64,000 nucleotides of DNA. It comes from Sporopachydermia quercuum (Eukaryota). Location of the stretch: the NCBI GenBank assembly GCA_001599295.1, contig BCGN01000006.1:930001-994000 (forward strand), given 5' to 3'. A program made the translations under genes and the position numbers. Below are positions 13,096 to 23,493 of the stretch, one piece after another. Position 1 is the first letter of the stretch, and each line of letters opens with the position of its first letter. Under the pieces are notes generated by a model. It ran no database searches, was not told where the DNA came from, and was given only the letters and a program-made list of their open reading frames with translations.

Positions 13096-14832
13096 CTAAT
13101 CTCTGTCAAGAGTGCTGTGAAGATGATACTCTCTCATAAAGCATACACATGCGAATGCTAGTGCATTGGTAACCAATGCAAACAAAAATGCACTTTTGAT
13201 GCCCTTTTCAAAGGCTGATATTATGTAAGGTTTGAACCCTTCAAACTTAGGATTGCTTGTTATGTCTTTGATATTGTTGATATTCCTTAATAGTCTCTGG
13301 GCCATCCCTTTCAAAACTGTACCCGACAGCTGCCTAGATAAGGGTAATGTTTTGTTGGCTTGTTCGAGACTAGTCAATAGTTCTTTTGATAGAACTACCT
13401 GGTAGAAAGCTGTTGATACAGAAACACCTATTGTCGAACCAGTAGCTCTAAATGCATATTGAATTGAAGTTGTTACAGCTTGAAATTCCTGTGGTACTGC
13501 TGCTATCAGTGCCAGTAGTGTCACGGTTAACATTGCAGCATAGCCGAACCCAGGTAATAAAAGCAGTAAGTATTGTCTAAGAGGTCTTATTCTATTATTC
13601 ATTAGACATATATCAACAACACCTAGTAAAGCCATTATACCGGTGATAATAGAAAACCATTTATATTTACCCGTTCGTTTCATATAGTAGCCAGATATCA
13701 AGGAGCCTGTTGAGACACCTACGAAATTTGAAACGAGTCGAGAACCAGACTCGGAGTCAGACAGTCCTAAAACAACCTCAAAATACATAGGGACAAAGTA
13801 CAAGTAAGTGTATACTGACATTGTCATGAACCAATTTGTCAGAGAGGAAGCAAGAATTGTTCTGTTGGCAAGCAGATAAATAGGAACCACTGGTTCTTCA
13901 GCCACATACAATTCAACGTATACAAAAGCACCTCCGACCAGTAGAGATATCGCATAAATTATAAATATTTCGGGGCTTCTCCATGCGAATTCTTTACCAC
14001 CAGAAGCAGTTGCAAACATAAACAACAATAGTGCTGATACCAAAAGAAAAGAACCTGTAAAATCAACTCTAGAGAGATTCTTTTTATTAGTTTCTGGTTC
14101 GTCGTCTCCGCTTGATTCATCCACAGCGCCGTAATTTGAATCTACCTTCTTGGGATGTTGAAGAAATACATATATTAATGTACCAGAGCCAATCGCTATA
14201 GGCACTTGGAAAAAGAAGCAAGCTCTCCAACCCCATGCGTCAGAAACCAATCCTCCAACCACTCCTCCTAAAGCAGCTCCGCAGCCAAATGCCAAATTAC
14301 CCAGTCCCTGAAAAACACCTCTTTGTCTCAATGGCACAAAATCAGACATTGTAATTGTGCTGAGTGATGTCAGACCTCCACCTCCAATACCAGTGACAAA
14401 TCTGCCCACAACTAATACTTCCAGGGTATGTGCCTCACCACATATCAAACAGCCAAAAGCAAAGACACTATTGCAGAAAAGTAAGAGAACCCTTCTACCA
14501 AAGATGTCACTGATTTTGCCATATAATGGCTGAAATGCTGCTGTAGATAGTAAATATCCTGTAGCAATCCAGGAAATTTTGTCCATATCATTCAAGTCTG
14601 ATGCAATATGAATCAACAAAGCTGTCACGATGGTAGCATCCATTGCTGCTAAGAACACTCCAACCAATAATGATGATATGATGCATGTTTTCTGAAACTG
14701 AGATATTTTCGGTGGGTTTATTGATAAGACGGTCTCATGAGTCTGAGTTCGCTGAATATTTTCAAGCTCTGCATGTTGTGCTTCACTTGTTATAGGACGT
14801 GGAGGTATGAGTAGTGATTCTTCGTCTGACAT
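13096..14832 (-). CDS. 14-TM DHA2-type MFS transporter, Vba1/Vba2 (vacuolar basic amino acid) like
   Basis: FLAAMDATIV, PLYGKISDIFGRR, GRFVTGIGGGG, VPLRQRG; N-terminal acidic dileucine SDEESLLI typical of vacuolar sorting. Confidence 0.85.
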   Translation of the reverse strand: MSDEESLLIPPRPITSEAQHAELENIQRTQTHETVLSINPPKISQFQKTCIISSLLVGVFLAAMDATIVTALLIHIASDLNDMDKISWIATGYLLSTAAFQPLYGKISDIFGRRVLLLFCNSVFAFGCLICGEAHTLEVLVVGRFVTGIGGGGLTSLSTITMSDFVPLRQRGVFQGLGNLAFGCGAALGGVVGGLVSDAWGWRACFFFQVPIAIGSGTLIYVFLQHPKKVDSNYGAVDESSGDDEPETNKKNLSRVDFTGSFLLVSALLLFMFATASGGKEFAWRSPEIFIIYAISLLVGGAFVYVELYVAEEPVVPIYLLANRTILASSLTNWFMTMSVYTYLYFVPMYFEVVLGLSDSESGSRLVSNFVGVSTGSLISGYYMKRTGKYKWFSIITGIMALLGVVDICLMNNRIRPLRQYLLLLLPGFGYAAMLTVTLLALIAAVPQEFQAVTTSIQYAFRATGSTIGVSVSTAFYQVVLSKELLTSLEQANKTLPLSRQLSGTVLKGMAQRLLRNINNIKDITSNPKFEGFKPYIISAFEKGIKSAFLFALVTNALAFACVCFMREYHLHSTLDRD

Positions 14833-15372
14833 TATTGATACTCTTTCTCTATATCATCTTCTTTGTATGCTATGATTATGAGTATTCTCCAGATGACACA
14901 TATGCTTGCTACAGTTATATTGATATGTAATACAAAGACAGTGTAGTATAACTTAAATAGATGTCAAAAATACACTTTTATCATAACTGATAGAACCTCA
15001 TTTCAATGGGTGAAAGACATTCCTTTGTCCTTCTCTATTGACGTTGTAGATTGTCTCTTCGCTATTGGAATGAAAAATGATTCAATATCACATAGTGTGT
15101 GGGGAACAGTTGAGGGTCTGATGTTGTAGGTCTGATAGGATTTGTAAATTAAGGGTCTTGCTTTATTAGGTTGCCGTTTTGGGACTTTAATTATTACAAA
15201 ATTGAATTACAATAGAAGACTCGATGTGATTGAGGTGTGATAATACGGGAATATGAATGGAATGTGAGATAAAAATCGATTCTTAGATATAACAAGATGG
15301 AAAGGAGTAGCTAGTCGTTGAAGTCTGTTAATGCTTCGGGGTATTATTGTTATAATAGTGTTTCGCATCATA

Positions 15373-16454
15373 ATGGAGAGAACTAAATCAAAGCTTACGT
15401 TTGAAGTTCAAACTAGTCCTTTGCTGAGCATTGGAGACCATTGCACAAGGTTAAAGAATGAAGGAGTATTAGATGGCAAAAGTATTGGTACGTTGATTTA
15501 TAGTGATAATATGACTGAGAGTCGAAACTGTTTGGATGTCTCAGTAAGGCGTGGATATTTGAAGGTATAGAAGACTGATGTAACTAACAATAGTGAATAG
15601 TTGTCGGAGGATTGATGGGTCAACAAACTGGCAGGAAAGTGTCGATTAGAAGAGCATTTGAATTCAAAACGGAAAACAATATAATAGACCTGAATTTTCT
15701 TCAGACAAGAGCTGAACAAAGTACGTAGACTTTCTTGTTCCGACAAAAGATATTAATAATATNCTCTGACGTGAACTAACAAAAAAATCAAGTGAAAACA
15801 GTCTTTCCTGAAGAAGAACTGATTGGCTGGTATCATGTTGTGAACTCAGATATTATTGATCCAATTGTGAGATCTTTTGAAATACAGGGGTTAATTTCTG
15901 GTGTTATAGACTCTCCTATTGTTATTATATATGATTTGAAACAACAAATTCATAATGGGGAAGGTTTATCATTAGCTATATATGAATCGGTGTTTGAATC
16001 TGCCAATAAACTGGAATTCTTAGAAGGACAGATTACTGTTCAAATGGATGAATGTGAGAAAATAGTTATGGAGGAAATCAATAACTCAACAGTGGGCGAA
16101 AGTGAGATAGAAATTTTCAAATCGAAGATTGAAGGCCAACTTACTGCTCTACAAATGTTGAGCTTTCAGATCAACATGGTGAAATCTTATTTAAGGTCGA
16201 TTGACCTGAGAAACTGCAATCATGATATTCTTAGAAGAATTAACGAACTTTCAACATTTTTCCCTGATGATATAACAAGTCCCGAAAATAAATTTTATTC
16301 AGAACAAGCAACCAAACATAAAGACGAATCTGAATTGAGTGTTCTCTTAGGACTAATGTCTGATGGATTAGACAAGATAAGCAAACTACAGTTATCTCAT
16401 ACATCGCATCAAAGTAGCCACTCAGCAATAGTGGATTCAACTATGCTAGTCTGA
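15373..16454 (+). CDS. CSN6: COP9 signalosome subunit 6 (MPN-minus); exons 15373-15487, 15601-15720, 15793-16454; 298 aa
   Basis: Spliced product reads PLLSIGDHCTR...SIVVGGLMGQQTGRKVSIRRAFEF...IDLNFLQTRAEQMKTVFPEEELIGWY...HDILRRI, matching Csn6 MPN hallmarks. Both introns restore frame. Confidence 0.8.
15488..15600 (+). other. Spliceosomal intron 1 of CSN6
   Basis: GTACGT donor, AACTAAC branch at 15582-15588, AATAG acceptor; phase 1 join gives a conserved frame. Confidence 0.8.
15721..15792 (+). other. Spliceosomal intron 2 of CSN6
   Basis: GTACGT donor, AACTAAC branch, CAAG acceptor; phase 1 join gives EQ-M-KTVF. Confidence 0.85.
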
Positions 16455-16802
16455 TCAAGGACCCAATGTCGATCTGGTTTCTTAATACAATCATGCCATA
16501 TTTTTAATACCTTTCTTCCTTATTGTTTAATAATTCTTATCAGTGAATCCTCCCATTTAACCTGGTAGTTGGACATTTCACATCTCAATCTGTTGATCAT
16601 GATTATGTAATCTAGAAAAGATAGAGGGAGGGAAAATGAAATAAAGGGAGTGGGACAGGCCATGATAAACGATTAATGTCCACGACTAAAATAATCAACA
16701 GACATGGCAGGAAAATTGTTGAACTGATACATTTATTGATTAGTTGATAAAGCTTTGTTTTGTTAGATAAGTCAGTAGCTTGATTATATGAACATTCAAA
16801 TA

Positions 16803-17609
16803 ATGGTTCTTCATAATAACAAATGGGATAGAAAAGCCAAGAAGGCTTACCTCCGAAAACATAATATCAAACCAGAAAATCTTGCTGGTGAAGGAAATCA
16901 AGATATGCATGAACAGGTATTTGAGTCAAATGATTGGAGGTATAAAGACTCTGATCCTGAACAAGAAGGTGAAGGTGAAGGTCGGGATGAATATAAAGAG
17001 TTTGACGGAAGAGATATAGAAGATGTCGACGAGCTAACTACTATGGTTGAATTGAGAGATCTGATAAAAGGAGAAGTTAAAACAGCTAGTAAATCTAAAG
17101 CTGAAGAGGAGAATGGTGCATATTATAGGGATCTGGTTTTTAAATGTAAGTAATTTATGCTGTACGACTTTTGTTCGCTTGAAGATCATAGATATAACGA
17201 TTAGCAACTGCAATACTGTCCCGTTTTCGAGACTACTTTCTAACGTTATCTGTTTTCAATAGCTACGAAACAGCCTGAGAGGGAAAAGAGGGCACATTTA
17301 GAAATTTCACACGATACACAAAATTATTTAGCCTTACAGCGAAAAATTGATAATCAAAAGGCTCATGATGATTTGAAGAAGAAGTTTGCTATGAAATCAA
17401 GTAAATATGATGGAAAATTAGTAACAGCTCCAACTGAAGACGTTGATTCTTTTCTATCCACATTGTCTATTAGAGATAAGGAGCTAACTGGAAGTTTACC
17501 AAAAAGTGGTGGAAATGAAGTTAAAGCCCCATCTAAAATTGCTGTCAATGACGACTTGAAGAAACAAATAGAAACATCTCAAGATTGGTTAGACGATTTG
17601 ATAAAATGA
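16803..17609 (+). CDS. YER034W-like protein of unknown function; exons 16803-17145 and 17263-17609; 229 aa
   Basis: Intron GTAAGT...TTCTAAC...AATAG (17146-17262) joins two track ORFs in frame. Motifs FESNDWRY and terminal ETSQDWLDDLIK resemble recalled Yer034w motifs; next to ARB1 as in S. cerevisiae. Alternative ATG at 16788. Confidence 0.75.
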
Positions 17610-18279
17610 CAGTTTCAATGTGCATAATTCTGTGTGAAAAAATGTACCTTGATTTGATGGTGAGATATACAAAATATGTTTTAATCCACTTGAAGTGCCA
17701 GCAACCAGATAAAACTTGGCTNCAACCTTTTTTTTTCCATCATTATTTTAAGCGACCAGCGCTGACCAATACTAGGGTTCATCCTGGTATTCAACATAAT
17801 TTGCGAAATCTTCCATTCTTGTGAAGCAATTCAAACGCCGAGCTGAGGGATCAAACACTTATGTCAAGCAACCATATAAAAGTGGTCCTAAGAAATCAAC
17901 ACATTGGTTGCGTGAATGATCACTTCATACCATCTACCATCATACACTAATTGAAAATAGTTCCCAGCAATTTCTCCCTAGTTCCCTCAACCAACTTCTA
18001 TCACTCATTTCTCTCACTTATTTCTATAGTCCAACAGCGAGTGGCAATAATAAGCCACTAATACGTCTTCCTGCTCTGCTCAACTAACTATCAATTGCTG
18101 TTTTAGTAGCATTCTACCAGAATTCCATTTCACTCGATCACATCGCTTTTTCCCTTTGCTCCACACCTCACCTCTCATCAAACTCAATTTGCTACAAGTC
18201 CAGGCCTATATAGTTATTGAGTCTCATGAAACCCTGTCCCTTTACCTCGCCTCTGTCTAATGACATCATACAACATACT

Positions 18280-18388
18280 CCGGGTAACACCAATCATCAA
18301 ACAGCCATTACACAGGAACGCTGAAAGATCTTAGAGCAAACTTTAAAAGTTTTTTTTATAGTGGTGAACTGCAAAGAAAAAGTTTTCA
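18280..18388 (+). promoter_or_regulatory. Reb1 site plus RRPE-like element in the ARB1 promoter
   Basis: CCGGGTAA at 18280-18287; AAAAAGTTTTCA at 18377-18388. Fits ribosome-biogenesis regulon promoters. Confidence 0.55.
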
Positions 18389-18740
18389 GGCTAAGTTAAC
18401 TAGATGTTACGTAGAACATAAAGGAAGATTGCATAATAATCATTAACGTAGTTAAGATTTTAATTGATTCAACTTTTTTCTACTCGACAAAAGATTACCA
18501 GAATTGTATTTGATTTTAAAACCATTCTTTTCCTCTATCATTAAACAGTAGAATATCTATATTGTTTTTATAATTCGAAAGGTAGGATTGATACTGGTTG
18601 ATCATCTCCGTATATAGATAGAGCATATTATTATAGGATAGCAAATTATAGTATTGGGAATTTGCATAGGAAAGCGGTATACAGTAAAAATAAAGGTCAA
18701 TAGAATAGACAAGGCGATCGGTAGGAAAAAGTCATAGAAA

Positions 18741-20570
18741 ATGTCGACAGTTTCAGCTTCAAAGGCTAAGAGATTGGCAAAGAAAGAAGCAGCTGGTAAA
18801 ACCAAGCCTAAGAAGGAACGCGGATCTAAGAAATCAGGAAGTGAAGCAAATTCAGAAAACCCATCAGATGTTGAAGCAACAGCTGGAGAAATTGCTAAGT
18901 TGAAATTACAGCAAGATAAAGATGGAATTTCTGATCGTGTTACCACTGGTGTGTTGGACTCTTTGGAAACATCAAGAGATATCAAGTTATCTTCTGTTTC
19001 ATTGTTATTCCACGGTAAGGTGTTGATTCAAGATTCAGGTTTGGAACTCAATTTTGGCCGTCATTATGGTTTATTAGGTGAAAACGGTTGCGGTAAGTCT
19101 ACATTATTGAGAGCAATTGCTGCGAGGGAGTACCCAATTCCTGAAAGTATCGATATCTACTTATTGAACGAACCTGCTGACGCAACTGAGTTTTCTGCGT
19201 TGGAGTATGTCGTGAGAGAAGCTGAACATGAATTAAAGAGATTGGAAGATTTAGTTGAAGAAATCATCGTTAGAGATGGTCCTGAATCTTTACTTTTGGA
19301 AGATTTGTATGATAGAATCGATGGAATGGATCCTGCTACTTTCGAGACAAGAGCAGCTGTCATCCTTAATGGTTTGGGTTTCAACAGCGTCACAATTAAA
19401 AAGAAGACTAAAGACATGTCTGGTGGTTGGAGAATGCGTGTTGCCTTAGCAAAGGCCTTGTTTGTCAAGCCAACCCTTNTGTTGTTAGATGACCCTACTG
19501 CACATTTGGATTTAGAGGCATGTGTGTGGTTAGAAGAGTACCTTAAGAACTTTGATCGTACAATGATTCTTGTTTCACACTCTCAAGATTTCCTTAACGG
19601 TGTCTGTACAAATATGCTTGATATGCGATTAAAGAAGTTAATGGCTTATGGTGGTAATTACGACTCTTACGTTAAAACCAGAGCTGAATTGGAAACAAAT
19701 CAAATGAAATCTTATAACAAGCAACAAGAAGAAATTGCTCACATCAAAAAGTTCATTGCCTCTGCAGGTACATATGCCAACTTGGTTAGACAAGCTAAAT
19801 CTAGACAAAAGATTTTGGATAAGATGGAGGCTGATGGTTTGATTGAAAAAGTTGTTCCTGATAAAGTGTTCTCATTCAGATTCCCTGATGTGGAAAAGTT
19901 ACCCCCACCAGTCTTGTCTTTTGATGAAATCTCATTCTCATACTCAGGTGATCCTAAGGATGATCTGTATAAGGGCTTGAACTTTGGTGTTGATATGGAT
20001 TCTAGAATTGCTCTTGTTGGACCTAATGGTGTAGGTAAATCTACTTTACTGAAGATTATGACTGGTGAATTGCAACCAAGAGTTGGTAGAGTTTCCAGAC
20101 ACACTCATTTGAAAATTGGTGTGTACTCTCAGCACTCTGCTGATCAATTAGATTTAACCAAATCCGCTCTTGATTTTGTTCGAGACAATTTCTCTTCTAT
20201 CTCTCAAGATTATCAGTATTGGAGACAACAACTTGGCCGTTATGGTTTAACAGGTGAAGGCCAAACTGCACAGATGGCTACATTATCAGAAGGTCAAAGA
20301 TCAAGAGTTGTTTTCGCCTTACTGGCCCTTCAAAATCCTAATGTTTTGTTGCTCGATGAACCTACTAACGGTTTGGATATTCCTACAATTGATTCATTGG
20401 CTGACGCCATCAACGAATTCTCAGGAGGTGTTGTTGTTGTTTCTCACGATTTCAGACTTTTGGACAAGATTGCTAAAGATATTTATGTATGTGAAAACAA
20501 GACAGCCACCCGATGGGATGGTTCCATCTTACAGTACAAGGCTAAGCTTGCAAAGAATATTATTGTTTAA
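18741..20570 (+). CDS. ARB1: ABCF-family ATPase Arb1
   Basis: Two ABC domains (GENGCGKST, MSGGWRMR, LLDDPT; GPNGVGKST, LSEGQRSR, LLDEPT), no TM segments, linker FIASAGTYANLVRQAKSRQK. Confidence 0.96.
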   Translation: MSTVSASKAKRLAKKEAAGKTKPKKERGSKKSGSEANSENPSDVEATAGEIAKLKLQQDKDGISDRVTTGVLDSLETSRDIKLSSVSLLFHGKVLIQDSGLELNFGRHYGLLGENGCGKSTLLRAIAAREYPIPESIDIYLLNEPADATEFSALEYVVREAEHELKRLEDLVEEIIVRDGPESLLLEDLYDRIDGMDPATFETRAAVILNGLGFNSVTIKKKTKDMSGGWRMRVALAKALFVKPTLXLLDDPTAHLDLEACVWLEEYLKNFDRTMILVSHSQDFLNGVCTNMLDMRLKKLMAYGGNYDSYVKTRAELETNQMKSYNKQQEEIAHIKKFIASAGTYANLVRQAKSRQKILDKMEADGLIEKVVPDKVFSFRFPDVEKLPPPVLSFDEISFSYSGDPKDDLYKGLNFGVDMDSRIALVGPNGVGKSTLLKIMTGELQPRVGRVSRHTHLKIGVYSQHSADQLDLTKSALDFVRDNFSSISQDYQYWRQQLGRYGLTGEGQTAQMATLSEGQRSRVVFALLALQNPNVLLLDEPTNGLDIPTIDSLADAINEFSGGVVVVSHDFRLLDKIAKDIYVCENKTATRWDGSILQYKAKLAKNIIV

Positions 20571-21828
20571 ATTGGTCTGTTATTAAAACTGAACATCCTT
20601 ATTCATCCATTGTATATTTTATAGATCAAACCTTTAATGTATTCGCTTACTTCTAAATATTCAACATTTGTTAAATGATTAGAATTTATAAATGATTTGG
20701 CATGTATTAAAGGATTCTGGTGATAACAATACCATATGCAGAANATGAACCTATCAATCATTTATGTGATTCATTTTGCTTCATCAACATATATATATAT
20801 ATTCAGGCTATGGAGACAATTTGATGACATTACAACCTAATAATTGATATGTTGAAGTTGAAAATTCGGTTCTATGAATTCTTGTTCACCATCATAACAA
20901 GTGAATTATCCGAAAGAAAAAAAGAGTAAAAAAGAAAACCTCTTGCTCAAAATTAGTTTTCTAAATTGATAGAGACACTGTTTTTATTTGCTAGTTGAAT
21001 GAAATTAGCGAGATTTGAGGGCTATTTCTGATATTGTCAACTTTACGCTAGGTTAGGATAGTTTCAAAATCCTCTTGACATATGCCAATGAAATTTCTCT
21101 ATATCCCACACTTATCAATAGTTATACTCATAAACTGCAAATAACATCTAACTACCCACTTTACCACAAAATTCTATGGGACCATTCAGCAATAANCCAA
21201 AGAATTCTATGATCTCTGGCTATTTTCTTACCCTCTTCTTTATTCATCCATCAATTAGTCCAAAAATTCATCAATCGTCTCCCCCATACAAATAAACTTC
21301 TTAAGGGCAAACTTTATTTCAAATATGTGACTCAAANGACTCAATACTCTTGTATTTATATGCATGACCAAACTCTAAGTACTAATCAGGTATCAAACTG
21401 ATCTCATCTCAATTGGGAAGTGGAACAACAAATATCAACTGAAAAGCATTCTCATCTTGTTAAAATCACTCACGTTTTTGATCCTTCTTCCAAATTGTGG
21501 GCCTAAGAATAGTTCTGCTTGTTTTCTACAAGCAGAATCTTTATAATCTCCTTTCATCTTGTTGTTTTGTTCAGTTGTAATTGAATGATTAGTTTTCAAT
21601 AGCACTTATGATCGATCTGCATAATTACATCGATTGCTCATTCATTGCTATTGTGACAGCACTGTGATAAAATCAATTTACTAATTCCACAGAAGTAGCA
21701 GCATGGCAAAAAGAAAAGAAGAAATTCTTATGAAAACCTAGAAAATTCAAATCAAACCAGTTTGTTTCTCCCTAAATTTTCCGTGATTAAGAGAAAATTC
21801 AACCACCTATAGTTTTGTTCAGCTCACG

Positions 21829-23229
21829 ATGTCTTATTCTCCTTTCTCCAACAAAAGCTCTCCTCATTCACCAAGGAAATCCTTACCTTCCTTATCAGCG
21901 TATCAATCATACTCATCAAGAAAATCCTTACCTCCTTCATTGATGTCTCCNAGCTCTTCTAGAAGTTCTTCCCCGCTTAGATCGTTATCACCATCTAAAG
22001 GTCATAGCATAGGTGACAAGTACTATCCAGCTCCTATTCCTTCTAAGCTAATGACACCTCCTAAATTGTCGAAACGCAAAAGTAGCGGATGGAGTGAAAA
22101 AAACAGAAGCTCGTTATCTCTAGATCCAAGAAGTGGAAATACTGACCTACAATTTGGTGGATATGACAGAAGGAAGTCTACCTCAAATAATGATTTGACT
22201 GCATTGAAATCCTCTGTTGCTCATTTATCCTTGGAAGATAGTAAATCATATATTCCAACGTTGAGACCAAACAGTACTTCGAAGAAATCTCCGGGATCCA
22301 TTGCATCATCTGCGAGATTCTCATCAGGATTGAATATCTTTCATCATACACTTAGCTTATCTGAAAAATCTCAAGGATATAGCTGTCAAATACATCATGA
22401 AGATACTTTATTGAGACCAACTACATCCACATCAACATCACTATCAAAGCAGTCAAATCAAACAGCAATGGCTGATTCAACTTCAGAATCGGACAACCTA
22501 TCTCTAAGATCCAGTGCCGGTTCAACGAGTACCCGATCTACTAACTCTACATCTCTTTCCGAATACACTGACCCTGCTGATTCAATCATTCAGAAATATA
22601 TGGATATGGGAAGACGCACACCAATCGAGAGCAGGGAATCACTACCGGTTGACAATTTAGAACCTCCTAAGTTCAGTCTTGGTGAAAAGTGCAAGTATGA
22701 TGAGTCTTCAGAAGAGGAGTCTGAAGGAGAAGAAACAGAAGAAGTGAAAGAAACCAAACCAGTTACAAAAGAAAAAGAGTTAGAAAAGAGAGCAGCGGAA
22801 AAGGTAGATGAAAAGAAAGCAGAAAATATAATGAGATATCGGCAGCATGGAAAAGAACTAAGTCCACTGCCTCTTCCATCTAAACCAGTAGTGGAGAAGA
22901 AACCTCAGCCAAAATCATCACAACAACAACAACAACAAATCCGACCCTATATGAGCATATTAGACAAGACTTTCCAGCAAACAAGTCCTTCTTTTCAACA
23001 CCAAAGCCGATACAGTAGACCAAAGGGTCCTAGGCCTCAATCGACAACAACCAGGACATTTGTCAATCACAGACAATATAAAAGTAAACCAGCGAGCAAA
23101 CACATGCCTGGCACAAGACAACACAATCCATTAATCAATTCACCGTCAGAAATGACTTATAATCATGTTCATAACCCCAATGGGTACTACCCTGCTGTTT
23201 ATTACAGATCTGCAAATCCAACAAGGTGA
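21829..23229 (+). CDS. Ser/Pro-rich disordered protein of unknown function (positional FIR1 candidate)
   Basis: 466-codon ORF with ATG start; many SP/TP-x-K sites, acidic tract, poly-Q. No domain recognised. Confidence 0.75.
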   Translation: MSYSPFSNKSSPHSPRKSLPSLSAYQSYSSRKSLPPSLMSXSSSRSSSPLRSLSPSKGHSIGDKYYPAPIPSKLMTPPKLSKRKSSGWSEKNRSSLSLDPRSGNTDLQFGGYDRRKSTSNNDLTALKSSVAHLSLEDSKSYIPTLRPNSTSKKSPGSIASSARFSSGLNIFHHTLSLSEKSQGYSCQIHHEDTLLRPTTSTSTSLSKQSNQTAMADSTSESDNLSLRSSAGSTSTRSTNSTSLSEYTDPADSIIQKYMDMGRRTPIESRESLPVDNLEPPKFSLGEKCKYDESSEEESEGEETEEVKETKPVTKEKELEKRAAEKVDEKKAENIMRYRQHGKELSPLPLPSKPVVEKKPQPKSSQQQQQQIRPYMSILDKTFQQTSPSFQHQSRYSRPKGPRPQSTTTRTFVNHRQYKSKPASKHMPGTRQHNPLINSPSEMTYNHVHNPNGYYPAVYYRSANPTR

Positions 23230-23493
23230 CAAAGATAGCAGCTACCTGTAAGTTGATAGCCATTAAATGCGTATCATACGTCTATATTAGTATGTGAATA
23301 TTACGAATTGAACTGCAATTATGATCTGATGATATCCGAAGCATAACGTGAAAAAAAAATTAGCAGTAGTAAGCTCATCTTGATATATAGTTATTTGATT
23401 ATTAAAGCATTAAGTAAATATTACATCTTATGTAACCCATCCAGATAATAGAACAGGATATTACATAAAATAGACTACCAGCAACTCATTCAC

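Noticed and set aside
18582..18740. Possible 5'-UTR intron of ARB1 (AAG|GTAGGA)
   Set aside because: Weak donor and no CTAAC-like branch point.
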